64,000 bases of DNA from Anthoceros angustus. Its lineage: Eukaryota; Plantae; Anthocerotophyta. The position numbers were made by a program, and so were the translations under genes. A model generated the notes under the pieces. That model made no database searches, was not told the DNA's origin, and saw only the letters and a list, made by a program, of their open reading frames with translations. The stretch is from assembly GCA_010909165.1 (NCBI GenBank), contig VJWM01000116.1, forward strand, positions 496,001 through 560,000. The letters are read 5' to 3'. Shown here piece after piece: positions 12,859-26,099 of this stretch; positions within the stretch are counted from its first letter, which is position 1; the number at the start of each line of letters is the position of its first letter.

Positions 12859-13850
12859 ATGAGCAAACAGCGAGAAACGGGAAGAAAAGCGCGCCAAGAA
12901 AGCCAGCGTGCCGGAGGAAGAGAAGGAAAAAGCGGTTGAAAGAGAGGAGGGCTGGGTTGCCTGCTCAGAAGACGGAAGACAAGCAGCGGAAGGAAAAGCT
13001 GAAGCAGGCTGTGAAGACGGTCCAGAATTTGGTTCTGGACCCAGAGAGGAGTCTTGTGAGTTGATGGAGCCTCATGAGGTCAGCAGGTGCTCGTGGTGTA
13101 ATCTGTGTCTCTACTCATTTGTTCACTATGTCTGTTAAGCACTTCCGATCTCAGTTACCTCATTGTAATATTTTTTAGTGTTCTTCCTGGTTAAGTATTT
13201 TTACGCTGCCAACGAAAAATCCATCTCCCCCACACGGCTATCCCTAACTGGTTGCAAAGGCGGGATATGAAGGCCGCTAGAAAGGGTGTCGAGTATTGTT
13301 TGTTGGATCCTGCGCAAGGACGAGAATGCCTACATGGAAGTGTTTGAGGAACGGCAAGGGGATCTTGTGTATTTGACTGCAGACTCAGAGCATGTCCTCA
13401 TGACTTTAAAATGAACATCCCAACCGAGGTGCTATACTGCTGGTTGGCGCATGATTCTGATTTGTGTCTGAACAAGTCGATTTGGCATGGCTCTGATTAG
13501 TTGGAACTGCTATAGGTGGAAGGTCGCTGCGTTGGACAAGGCCAGGAAGCAGGGATTTGCTAAGCCAAGGTCCCGATCGAAGATGACTTGACGTTGCTCG
13601 GCTCTCAGGTCAGGACGTGTTTTTTTGCGACTTGGCGATCTGCCCATCTGCTGGCTACGTAACCGTTGCCGAGCCGCCATGCCTGCCTGCATCGATGCTC
13701 ACACAGGCACGTAGAATCCCTGACGCTGGACGTGGGGCCCAGGATGGTGAGTGGTCCCGGAACGGGAATTCCCTGCCGTTGAACCCGTGGGAGTTTGTTA
13801 AGCATTGGAGGAATCCTGATTAGGTACATAACGTGTTGTCACTCGGTGGA
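12859..13850 (+). pseudogene. TRM10: tRNA (guanine-9-N1)-methyltransferase TRM10-like, frameshifted (pseudogene or assembly error)
   Basis: Lys/Arg/Glu-rich N-terminus, LMEPHE, LSLTGC, and the diagnostic YMEVFEERQGDLVYLTADSEHVL at about 13330-13400; several frameshifts. End coordinate approximate. Confidence 0.65.
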
Positions 13851-14429
13851 CTTGAATAAACAAGCCCTGGTGGAAGTTCAACAACAGCTCGTTCGGAGTT
13901 TAGACCGCTCTATGGTGTACCGAATGCGCTGTTTGAGTTTTGAGTTCTCTTTCAAGTCTCTGTGTATGGTACGGAATCTAAGTTCTATACAGAAGGTGGT
14001 AATAAATATCTATTTTATAGATATTATATGAGCTTTTACTATATTTTATAACAGGTGGTATTAAATAAAATTTTTTATTAGTATGTATATAATCTTTTCC
14101 CATATGTATACCCTTAAGTTTTGTGGGTGAACCATTGAACCCGCAGTAATGGCTTTCGTTTTGTAGGGGTTTATGAGTTTTTTCAAAGATTCTTTCGCTT
14201 TTCAGCCAAATATATTGTTCAAACGTTTACAACTATTTTTTATAATTTAGAGGGCATAATTTACCACAAAGAGCAACCTTAGCGTAAAACTAGTATTATA
14301 GAAAATTACAAAACTTCAAAGAACATGGGTCAAAGGCTAGGTTTGAGTGGGTCAGAATTCTGAGGCTAACATATTGCCGAACACTTATCTCTAATAGTAC
14401 ATATGTATGTAGTATTGTGGTAAGTGTCG

Positions 14430-14830
14430 TGTCCAAATGGCTTAAGCCTAATGGACAAACATTTATAAGAACACCTAGGCCAAATAAACACACATTTATA
14501 AGAACGCCTAGGCCAAATGGACTCACATTTATAAGAACGCCGTTTGTAAAGTATTCTGCGCTTAGAACGGCACTTACATGGGTTGCCTAAAGGGAGTGGA
14601 TGCCCTTAGTGCAAGTAGCTAAGGCACTCAAAAAAGGTGGTACAAGTTGTTAAGTATGAAGTCCCATGATGGCAATTTTGTCCCATTAGACTATAATAAA
14701 ATTCTTCTTCTTCTTCCACATTGTTCAAGGTACAAGTTATTAAGTACCAAGTCGCCTGATAGCAATTTTGTCTCAATAGACTATGATAAAATTCTTCTTC
14801 TTGCACATTGTTCAACACTCGAGTGTGAAT
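14430..14830. repeat. Short degenerate tandem repeats
   Basis: ACATTTATAAGAAC recurs three times at 33-34 bp spacing (about 14460-14540). A ~91-bp unit (TACAAGTT...ATAAAATTCTTCTTCTT...CACATTGTTCAA) occurs twice in 14640-14815. Confidence 0.7.
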
Positions 14831-15634
14831 CTCAACCAAACAGTTCTCTCATAGTAAACTGATTGCCCCTTGTTACAATCAGGTTGCAATTTAATATGGG
14901 AATTTAAATAATGCGCATGAGAGAGGGGGTGTAGTTATTAGGGTGAGATGGCAAGAGAGAGAAAAAGCCAGGTTTGTGTTAAGATTGTGTCACCACTTCG
15001 GCAAAGAAGTGACAAACTTAATACCAAGCCACCAAAGCATGTAACAAATTTGAAAGTGGAACATATAATTGCAATAGCGACCATAACATAGGTTGGCCTT
15101 TCTATTAGGGATTGGATCAATGATAATATGCATGTGGTTGACTCTCGTTGCCTTGGAAGGATTTAATCCACAATACCTTGTTTACAATTGGCGGCCCCGC
15201 AAGGCTTTTAAAACTTTTTTTATAGCGAACTTGATAGTGGATTTAATCCACAATAGTTTTTTTACAATTATCGAGCCCCGTAGGCTTTTACAATTGGCAG
15301 CCCCTTAGGGCTTTTACAAAAAGGCAGCCCCATGGGCCTTTTTTAATCATAGGGAATGGGTAGCATCCCATCCTAATAATGCTTGACCGGCCCCGTACAG
15401 CTTTTACAGCAAAGGGGTGCCTAGGGCTTTTTTAATAGTAGGGGGATGGGTAGCACTCCATCCCTGTAGTGATCCGACTCAAAAGTGCTTGACCGTCTCT
15501 TAAGGCTTTTACCAAAGGGGATGGGTAGTACTTTATACGAGTTGTGATCCAACTGAAGAGCACTTGACCGGTTCCATAGGGCTTTTAGAAAAAGACAATC
15601 CCGTAGGGCTTGTTTAACAACAGGGGCTGGGTAG

Positions 15635-15767
15635 TGACAGTATACGCTAGTTGTACAGGTCGTAGGTTAGGACAAACCCTAACCGTCAGGACACGACTCT
15701 TGGGTGTCCAAGACAGCGACATCTCATTCATTCATTCATACGACACGGCTCAACGCCGCACTTGTCA
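15635..15767 (+). repeat. Copia 5' LTR (133 bp)
   Basis: First 109 bp identical to the 3' LTR; followed by the tRNA-iMet PBS. Confidence 0.95.
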
Positions 15768-18700
15768 TGGTATCAGCGCAAGTCGCGCCCGCTTTGGCTT
15801 CTCGAGTGCGCCCGTGCGGCTTTCATCATCCACTCGCATGGAGCGCCCAAACAAGCGGACTTCATCGATCTTGAGCGGGTTACCAACAATCACCCCAACG
15901 CGTGGTGGTTCTCATTTTAAGAAATCTTGCTTCTCTGTGATCTTCTGGCCTACTCCCCCCAAGATGTAGCATCGTGGAGATCTGAGCTATGCCTGGCCTG
16001 AGGAAACGAGAACGTTTAGCAAGAAGAGCCAGAAGACTCCAAGAGCTAAATGTGTGGAGAATTGAGCGGGAGGAAACGTACTTACGTTCCCTCGCCCCCA
16101 CGCGCTGGCAGCAGGTTTGGATCAAAATCTGCATAATTTGTGAACTGATGGCTACAAATGTTGTACAAGGGTATCCTTCACTTGATGGTTATGACTGGAG
16201 CAACTTTGATGTCTCTGATCTTCTTTGAGCACGATGTTGCTCCCTTCTAGTCAGGAAACCTTGTGCTTGCTTCTACCAGTATCAGCAGCTGAAGCATTTT
16301 CTCATTTACATCATCATGTTACCAATTTGTTCAATAAATCACTGGTCTATCAACCTTTGTACATCATCAAGGAGTTTGTTTCACACATTTTACAGCACAT
16401 TTGTGCTGAACATTTGCTATCAGCCTCCTATGCATTGAAGGTGACCCTATATATCTCCAAAGAACCTGGAAAGCCAGAATCTCTGGAGGCAACCTGGTTT
16501 CCATTTAATCCCTAAGGGGTACTCAACAGAATGGGTACTCAGCAGACCATTTCACAAGTTCCTGCCATTAAAATACCCAAGGAAGACAAGTTTGATGGTG
16601 AAAATTATCATGTATGGCGAAGAGTATGCAAGAAAAGAAATCTAGAAAATTATGGGCACATGTCCATGGTGTAGGCACACCTCCCGTGCCTACACCCAAA
16701 CCTGGTGCTGCTGCTACACCAGAAGAGTTGGCCAGCTGGGAGGAGAATGACCAGCAAGCTCGAACACTTCTTCACTTTAGTGTCAAGAGCACCCACACTG
16801 GCGTGTTTCAGGGAGCTGAAGAAACTGCTGCTGCCTGGTGGAAACAAGTAAAAGACTTGTACGACTCTAGGGATCTCATGCTGCAAACTTTTGTGTTAAA
16901 ACAATTCATGGGCCTCAAGATGAAAGAAACAGACTGTGGATAAACATGTACTTGAGTTTCGTGAATTCGCGAGCCAAGTTGGTTTCTGTTTTGCATTGGA
17001 GGAGGAGCTCCTTGCAATTCTTCTTACTACACCGCCGTAAACTTGGTCAAGTGTGGTACAAGGCTGAGGATGCACCATCCATCATGCTTAATCGAGTGAT
17101 AGCAATGTTAATGAAGAGTCAAGAAGGAAAATAGCAAATACTTTCTCCGGAGGAGACAAGGCCCTTTGACGGCCAAACCCGGTAGAGGTCGTGGCCGAGG
17201 ACGTCCATTTGGTAGGGGCCGAGGTCGTGGCCGAGGTAATAACTCTAGGCCTCTAAGCTTTGGTGGTGGCGAGGCAAGCCCCTTGTGGGCATTGCGGCAT
17301 GACAAATCATACAGGAAGTGCAAGAGAGGCCGAGAAGGTGGACCTTGGTCATCTAGCGTTGACCATGCAAAAATACAAAGAAGGCATTCTTTACAAGTGT
17401 CATTCATGACACCACGGTGAACTCATCTCGAGATCACAACTTCCATCATTGCAATGTGGTCACTTGCTTTGCCACCATCCCGAACACACATGGTATATAG
17501 GCAGGAGCCTCAAAGATATGACCCCCATGCTGCATATTTTACTGAGTTGAAGGAAAGCACACCAAAATTTGTGTTTAGGAGACAATTCCGCATGAAATTG
17601 CTGGTCGGGCACCATTCAACTTGATTTGAAACCCAATCAGCACATAGAAATTTCAGATGTGCTTTACATACCCGGACTGGCAAAGAACCTAGTTTCAGTT
17701 CGGAAGATGGATCAGTCGGGCTGTTATGTGTGTTTTGGAGACGGCAAGTGTCTCGTTGAGTCGAAGGATGGCACCCTCTTGGCCACTGGGCACCTGCAAA
17801 AGGACGATCTTTATCATCTCGACATGAAAGAAGAAAAGGCACTCTCCGCTGCTGACTTCACAGACTATGCCAAACCCTCTCTTACGTACCTATGGCATCT
17901 TCGCCTGGGTCATATCAATTTTCAGAAGCTTGTGACTATGTACAAAGATAAGTGGTGGAAGGTATCACTCTTGATAACTGCAATTTTGGAGTATGCGAGC
18001 TTGTGTCCTAGGTAAACACAAGCGACGCCTTCCTCGGCAAAGCAACCCGAGCAACGGAGATATTAGGGCTAGTTCACGTGATGTATGTGGAAAACTCCGG
18101 TTTCTCTTGGAGGAAGGAGTACTTTACCACATTTATTGATTTACTACACGCTTATGTAGTGTATTTTCAAGCAAAAATCGATACTCTTGCATGCTTCAAA
18201 GAGTACAAGATATGGGCCGAGACCCAAACCGTCTGAAAACTGCTGTCGATAATGGCGAGAGTATGTCTCCCAGGAATTTGATGCGTTTTGCAAACAGCAT
18301 GGCATAGGTAGGCAATTGACGAATGCCCATACCCCACAGCAGAATGGGGTTTCTGAGAATAAAAATCTGTCTTTGGAGACATCTGCTTCCAGTATGCTTC
18401 ATTATGCAAACTTGCCCAAAGCATACTGGGCAGAGGCAGTAAGTTATGCTACCTACATTCAGAACAGGATAGCACATAACCGCTTAAGGGCAAGACTCCT
18501 TAATTGACAGGAGAAGCCCAATCTCTGCATCTTCGTGTGTTTGGCTCTGTATACTCACATCCACAAGGACTGCGTGAAGTTCGAACCCAAGTCCACTCAC
18601 CGCATTTTTATTGGGTTCACAAGGAATCAAGGGTATAAGGTCGAATGTAAGAACGAGGGTAGTTACCCATTCACGTGATGTGGTGTTTGTCAAGGAATCT

Positions 18701-20769
18701 CACCAGCTGGGAGCATCGTCGATTCTTCCACGATGATGGCTCAGAGAAGAGGAGGAGGAGATGATGGTCGAGAACTCCGAGTTCCTCTTCCGCCGCTTGT
18801 ATCGTGCACCAGCACACAGAATACCCCGCACCACTCACCGACTGCAGACATGCGCACACGGACGCACGATTAGTAGCAAATTAGCTACACCTTCACCGGT
18901 CGTTGAGTTTTGAGGAGACAGAGCTGATCCCGATCCGCCTCACGGATGGACAGCATGAAGGCCGGCTCAACATGCTACTCCCGAGCCTCGGCCTCGAGGA
19001 CGCCAGACCACCGCCAGATGCCGAGGATTTCGGTATCCCAAGTCACATCTAACATACTGTTTAGCCGCAACGCTACTGTATGAACCTCCAACCTACGGCA
19101 GCCCTCACCGTCGACGAGCATTGGTACAAAGCCATTCAACAGTTGGCATCTCGTATGAAAACCAAACTTGGACAATAGTCACCTTCTGCAGATAGGAAAC
19201 AAGTTGGCGCAAGTGGGTTTTAAGATAAAGTCAAGGCGATGGGAGCATTGCTACAAGGCAAGGTTGGTTGCAAAAGGGTATTCGCAAATACCGGAGTGGA
19301 CTACGATGATACGCTCATCAGTGAAGTCAATACCCCGCGATGTTTATAGCACTAGTCATGAATAATCTTGAGCTGGAGCAATGGACGTTACTACAAGATT
19401 TTTGTATGGGAACCCGCACGAGGAGATTTTCATGCAAGTTCCAATGGAGTTCCAAAGGTTTCCAAATGTGCCTCGTCCAAAGATGTAAGCTCCAAGACTT
19501 TGTATGGGCTTAAACAAAGCTCCCGAGCATGGTATGAAAGAATTCACACATACTTGATGACCTTGGATATGAAGGCTTACATCGACAAAGAATGTCTACG
19601 TAAAAGAGAAAGTAAAGATTTCTTGGCACTTGCCATTTATGTGACGATATAATCATTCTCATAACTCTCACGCATGATATTTGAATTAAAGGAGCACTTG
19701 AGAAGAGCTTTTAAGACTACGTGGTTGGTGCACTTGCCTACGCCTAGGTATGCATACATAGAAATCGAGGTGCGAGTACTATTTTCCTGTACCAACGTAA
19801 ATATGCCTTGGAAATTTTAGAAAGATATGGCATGAGTGCAAGCTGCTATGACTCCAAGAGCAAAATGTCAAGTATACATGCAAGTTGGCGATATACAAGA
19901 GGACGCTCAATATGTTGAATTGTATCCTTCAAAGAATGGAAGCTGATGCATTTGATGATAGGAAGGGCGATCTTGCCTTCACCTCGGATCGACTTCACGG
20001 TTTGTTTCAAACCCCAACAAAACTCATGAGGACGATGACAAGGGTCTATAGGTACATTTCGGAACAATGATTGGGGAATTTTGTATAGCTCAAAGGCAAA
20101 GAAGGCTGCATTTAACGTTATAGTGACGCGAGGGAGGAGACCCAGAGCAGAGCATTAGTAGCTATGTTACAATCTTAGGTGGTGCAATTTCTTGAGTAGT
20201 AAAAGGCAATCTACAATTGCACTATCATCTACTAAGCGGAATACAAGAGTTTAACGGAGGCGTGCAAGGAAATCACTTGGTCGTGGGAGCACTATGAGCT
20301 CGGCATACCACAGAGCTGCCGATAGACTTGTTGTGCGATAATCGAGTGCAATTGTGCTGACAATGAACCCTCGCTAACGCAAGGACCAAACATATTGAAT
20401 CGAACATCATTACATTCGTGAGATCAGCTCAAGGTTTGGTAAGGATTTCCTATCGCCTCTCATCTGCAGACATCCCGACAAAGGCTTTGGGACGCATTAA
20501 GCATTAACATGCAACCATGGGCCTAAGGTCACGGTAATCCTTTGAAGTGGAGCACACATGAATCAAGAGTAAGTCGGGAACGTGAAGATTGACATGATGC
20601 CGATACCCGCTTAATGACGAGTTTCTTTGCGGGTTATCAGGTCTTCTTGTTAGATTTTACGTTTCATAGCATTCAGTATTAAACTATATGTCAATATGAC
20701 AATTTATACACACCCAAGAGTCGTGTCCTGACGGTTAGGGTTTGTCCTAACTCTAGACCTGAGTGGGAG

Positions 20770-20910
20770 TGACAGTATACGCTAGTTGTACAGGTCGTAG
20801 GTTAGGACAAACCCTAACCGTCAGGACACGACTCTTGGGTGTCCAAGACAGCGACATCTCATTCATTCATTCATACGATTACCAGCTCTCGCGAACGCTC
20901 GCACTTGTCA
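20770..20910 (+). repeat. Copia 3' LTR (141 bp)
   Basis: Preceded by the PPT, followed by TSD GGTAG. Confidence 0.95.
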
Positions 20911-22060
20911 GGTAGCACCCCATCATAATCGTGATCCGACTCAAGAGTGCTTGACCGTGGAGTTGGATTTTTTAACGAGAGGGTTGGGTAACACCCCATC
21001 CCAGAAGTGATCCGACTCATGGGTGCTTGATCGTGGAACACCCCATCCTCCCTACTAGAAAGGGCAGCCTATGTTAATGTCGTTGTTGCAATTTTATGTT
21101 ACACTTCTAACTTGCAATATCATTTGGAGGCTTGGTATTAAGTTTGTCATTTCTTTCCCCAAGTGGGCCTACAATCTTAATACGAAACCCTGCTCTCTCT
21201 CCTACCACTTCACCTCTTAACTACATCCTCTCATACGATTGTTTATGAATTCCCTCATGCAATTGCAACATGACTGTAACAAGGACCCCTCTCTCTCTCT
21301 TCTCTATCAGTCCCCCTCTTTATTACACCCCATTGGGAGTACAATTAGTTAAGGTTGTTCCTAGCGCTCTTCATTGCACTCTCTCTTCACAACTATTTGT
21401 TAATGGCGCCCAAACCTGAATATTACACCAGCATGCCCATTAACTGTCACCTTTCCCTTCCACCTCACAAGGTCATAATTCCTTTATCAACCTTTTTTAT
21501 TTACCATAGCTATTATTGGCTTGTATACTAATTGTTTATGGCTTTTGCCATATATACTTGTAGCAATGGAATAAACCTTACCTTTGTACGATAGGTACCT
21601 ACTAGATATATATATTTTTGTGCATATACGATGTATAACGACGGATTTGTACATCAACACTGGATTATTCTATTGTTTTCCATATATATGTATGTTTATA
21701 GTACACAAATATCGTTTTCCTGCTGGTGCTGAGCGTCTATACTGCACATTCCGGCGTGATGTGCGTATTCGTGTACAAGTCCTCTGTTACCACTTTCTGT
21801 TGCAATTGCAAAATTGTGTGGCTCAAACGATTTCGAACACGCGACCACTGACTCGTCACCATCTGCCTCCTCCACTACACCAATACGGAGTACATGGACG
21901 AGAGGGTCCCTTTATAGATACCTGTCTCCTGCCCGAGCTACAGCTATTCATAAAACATCGTGCGCCTGCCACGCAATTGCCAATCGCTGACCTTCTTCGA
22001 TTGTATGCACGGGAAGGGAAACCTGAATCCATGTGGCTATGTTCTTGTCGCAACCATTCA

Positions 22061-25000
22061 AGCTTGTGCAGATACTTCAAAGTGGGCAAGGTACGCTAAG
22101 GAGGTACGTGTTTCGTGTGTTCCTCCTTCGGCATGTGTCCAACAAGCCGATGTAGCTTAATGCGTCTATAGAAGGAGGATATCAAGCTTGCTATGAGACT
22201 CGAACGACTGACTTGAAGAGTTAGAGGCCATCTTCCCGACATCCGCTCAAATCGTGGCAGCTTGGAAAATGTCAAAGCGGAGTTGGAGAAGGATCCCGAT
22301 CTGTGGCCTTCCCAAGGAGGAGGATAGTGGGAATGGGACAATCCATCGAAACGGATAGTAGGGCGAAGGATGTGAGGCGTCAAGGCATTCGAGTCACAGA
22401 GGGGGAGCCCCCAGCCTGTGCTGGAGGACAAACGTGCACGAATGTGCAGGAAGGTAGGACAAATGGCAGGGGACAACAAGGCAGAAGTGGAACCCGACAT
22501 GGACAGGGACGTAACGAGATGAATGATCGACCACGGGAGGACAGGACGTCAAGGCAGGTGGTAGGCCATGGAGCACACAATCAGACAACAAACAAAACAG
22601 GGGTGCGACTAGCGAGAGAAGGAAACGCTTACACGGTGGGGCAAACGCATGACATTCGCAAGGCAGCTAGGGGCAAGGCGACTGACATCGTCGACTATGG
22701 TGAGGGCGATGAGGTGGTGGTCCCAGCGACACCTCGAACGGCCGTGGTTGTGGCAGAACCCAGCGGTGGTCATGATCGTAGAGGGGGGGACATGGTGGCT
22801 GTGGGTGGCTCGGGAAAAACGGGGCCAACCAAGAACATGGTAGGGAAAGCGGTGTCGGCATTAAGTGAGTTGTACATGGGGCCAGGTACATGTGCAAGGA
22901 ATGGCATTATACAGCGAACATCAAGGCTGGTAGGGGCGCAACAGGATGGGCAGGAGGAAGAATGGAGGGCAGCAGGGGGGGAGCGTGGGGTCACCACATG
23001 TGTGCCGAATGATCCCATCACTCCATCACTCCATCCGACCCCAATGGCCTCCACCCTCCGCATACATGGCCGTCACCTAGCGGTCTCGGGCACCCCTCCA
23101 CCTCTTTTCCATTATTTGCTTGCTGCCCACCTGACATGCGCCGCCCGCCCATTGACCCCATTCCAGGGCATGCTTCCACCAACCACAGGCGATCAGGCTC
23201 ATGGGCACCACAATTTCGCCCACACTGTCGTTTCAACCTCCGCTGCCTCGTGACATGCTTCCTCAAGATTGCGCTTCCCCGTCTCCACTTCACCGCTCCT
23301 TGTTCATCGTCGCCTTTCCCCCCATTCCAAGTCCCGTTGTGCCTCGCCCCTCTGGCCTCCTCCCTCCCAAGCCCCCTTCCGCGCCATCTGCATTCCTTGC
23401 TAGCCTCTCGACATCCACGTCGCCACCTCGTGCACCACTATTGCCTCCCACCCCTTCCTTCCGTTGTTTTGGAAAGGCCACCATATCACGATCCATCTCC
23501 AATTCAATGTCGTTAAGCAAAATGGTCATTTCCCTTGTTCTCCTTGCAATAGCGTGAACCTCTGGGGTCTTGTCATACACTCCCTATCTTACCTGCTGAA
23601 GGAACTCAAGCACGGAACCCCCACTATCGCCCCTTTCACGATTTCCACCCGGCCCCTTTCACGATTTCCACTTTCCCTTCTAGCAATCGGTGCCACCGCC
23701 CGGCCCTCGAAAGGTTGCCTCCCCTTAACACGATAATATTCATACCGGCGGAATAATGTACGCCGGTTATGGAAAAATTGCCGCCGCTTGGTACTTTTCA
23801 TACAGTTACTAATTCACTCCAAACACGTCTCTTCGAAAGCACATGCGCCCGTAAGCAATCAATTGTGATTGATTTGAATTTCGTGCAAAGGGTCCGCAAT
23901 GAAGCTTGTGCAATGGGAGCAGACTTCAAAGGCGGCGACGCTAGGAGGCGTGTGTTCCTCCTTCGGCATGTGTCCAACAAGCCGATGTAGCTTAATGCGG
24001 TGACTATAGAAGGAGGACATCAAGCTTGCTATGAGACTCGAACGACTCTGACTTGAAGAGTTAGAGGCCATCTTCTCGACATCTGTCAAATCGTGGCTTG
24101 GAAAATGTTCAAACGGGAGTTGGAGAAGGATCTCGATCTCGTGGCCTTCCCAAGGAGAAGGATAGTGGAATGGGACAATCCATCGAAATGGATAGTAGGG
24201 CGAAGGATGTGAGGCGGCAAGGCATTCGAGTCAGAAGGGGAGCCCCAGGTGGAGGACAAACGCCGAATGTGCGGGAAGGTAGGACAAATGGCGGGGGGAC
24301 ACCAAGCGAAGTGGAACCCGACATGGGCGACGAACGAGATGAATGATCGACCATGGGGCAGACGTCAAGGCGGTGGTAGGCCATGGAGCACACATCGAAG
24401 AACAAACAAAACAGGGTGCGGCCGAGAGAAGGAAACGCTTACACGGTGGGGCAAACGCATGACATTCGGCGAAGGGGCAAGGCGTGACATCGCCGACTAT
24501 GGCAAGGGCGATGAGGTGGTGGTCAGCTGACACTCGAACGCCGTGGTTGTGGCGTAACCAGTGGTCATGATCGAGGGGGGACATGGTGGCTGGGTGGCTC
24601 GGGAAAACGGGGCCAACCAAGAACATGGTAGGGAGAGCGGTGTCGGCATTAAGTGAGTTGTACATGGGGCCGGTATGTGAGGAATGGCATTATACGAACA
24701 TCAAAGTGGTAGCAGCAGGATGGGAGGAAGAATGGAGGCGGGGGGCGTGGGGTCACCACATGTGTGCCGAATGATCCCATCACTCCATCACTCCATCCGA
24801 CCCCAATGGCCTCCACCCTCCGCATACATGGCGTCCCAGCGGTCTTGCACCCTCCACCTCTTTCCATTATTTGCTTGCCCACGACATGACCGGCCGCTCG
24901 CCTCCATTGACATTCCCAGGCATGCCTTCCACCAACCAAGGCGATCAGGCCGTCATGGGCACCACAATTGGCCCACACTCACTGTTTCAACCTCCGCCTC

Positions 25001-25597
25001 CTTCGCATGCCTCAAGATTGCGCCCGTCCACTTCACCGCTCCTTGTTCATCGTCGCCTTTCCCCATTCCAAGTCCGTTGTGCCTCGCCTCCTCCTCCTCC
25101 AAGCCCCTTCGCCATGCATTGCTAGCCTCTCGACATCCACGCCACCTGCACCACTATTGCCTCCCACCCTTCCTTCCGTTGTTTTGGAAAGGCCACCATA
25201 TCACGATCCATCTCCAATTCAATGTCGTTAAGCAAAATGGTCATTTCCTTGTTCTCCTTGCAATAGCGTGAACTGGGGTCTTGTCATACACTCCCTATCT
25301 TACTGAAGGAACTCAAGCACGGAACCCCACTATCGCCCCTTTCACGATTTCCACCCGGCCCCTTTCACGATTTCCACTTTCCTTCTAGCAATCCTGCCAC
25401 CGCCTGCCTCGAAAGGTTGCCTCCCTTAACACGATAATATTCATACCGCTGAATAATGCACGCGGTTATGGAAAAATGCCGCCGCTTGGTACTTTTCATA
25501 CTATTAATTCACTCCAAACACGCTCGAAAGCACATGCGCGTTGCCAATCATTGTGATTGACATTTGAATTTCGTGTGCAAAGGGGTCTCAATGAAGG
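22061..25597. repeat. Tandem duplication of a ~1.8-kb unit (22061-23901; 23902-25597)
   Basis: CGTGTGTTCCTCCTTCGGCATGTGTCCAACAAGCCGATGTAG at 22114 and 23949. The units are collinear; copy 2 is shorter through many small deletions. Confidence 0.92.
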
Positions 25598-26099
25598 TGC
25601 CAAGGTGCAGGATGCTTGCGGACAAGCGGCAATGCTGGGCTTATAAGTAGAGTGCGTCCGATGTATTCAAAACGGCCTCATGGCATTACGTAACAACTTG
25701 CTACTAGAAGATCCGCGTGTCATCCACTCCAAAGACAACGGCCCATACGATACACGCACAAAGTGAAAACGTTCTAGCCACCTAAGGAAGTTCACATTCA
25801 AGATTCAACGCACACAAACCGGCTTCACTATCGTGAACTACGGTGACGCTTTCTCGACGTCTTTCATCCGTCTCTCGAAAGAGTCCATCCATCATCGCCG
25901 CTGCCTTCCTTCCTTCCAACTTCGAGAGGTCAGCCATACACCCTCTAGTGTCTTGCCCTCATCGATGTGGTCTCCACCTTTCTTTCATTCGCTCGACCCT
26001 AGAGGCACAATTTGAGCCTTCCCAATATCCTTCTCGACGCAAACCTCCTTGGCCCAATTGAGATGGACCACGATGCGGCTCATGTGCTCCTCCTCCGCA

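Larger units (their letters stand above)
15635..20910 (+). mobile_element. Full-length Ty1/copia LTR retrotransposon, with frameshifted gag-pol
   Basis: TG...CA LTRs at 15635-15767 and 20770-20910. TSD GGTAG (15630-15634, 20911-20915). PBS TGGTATCAG at 15768; PPT GAGTGGGAG at 20761. Order: gag (KFDGENYHVW), protease, LWHLRLGHIN, integrase (TPQQNGVSE), RT (YKARLVAKGYSQ, LYGLKQSSRAWY), RNase H. Confidence 0.96.
14868..21284. mobile_element. Non-autonomous long-TIR (foldback/MULE-like) DNA element with internal tandem repeats, interrupted by a copia
   Basis: 14868-15115 and 21045-21284 are diverged inverted repeats (CCTTGTTACA...; shared TGACAAACTTAATACCAAGCC). The interior is GGGTAGCACCCCATC / GTGATCCGACTC repeats. 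No TSD recognised. Confidence 0.72.

Noticed and set aside
15989-16515. Extra ORF upstream of copia gag
   Set aside because: Cannot be told apart from a frameshifted gag N-terminal extension or leader given the indel rate.
22303-23253. 316-aa + strand ORF
   Set aside because: No recognisable motifs and not kept open in the duplicate copy; more likely the antisense of the minus-strand coding remnants.
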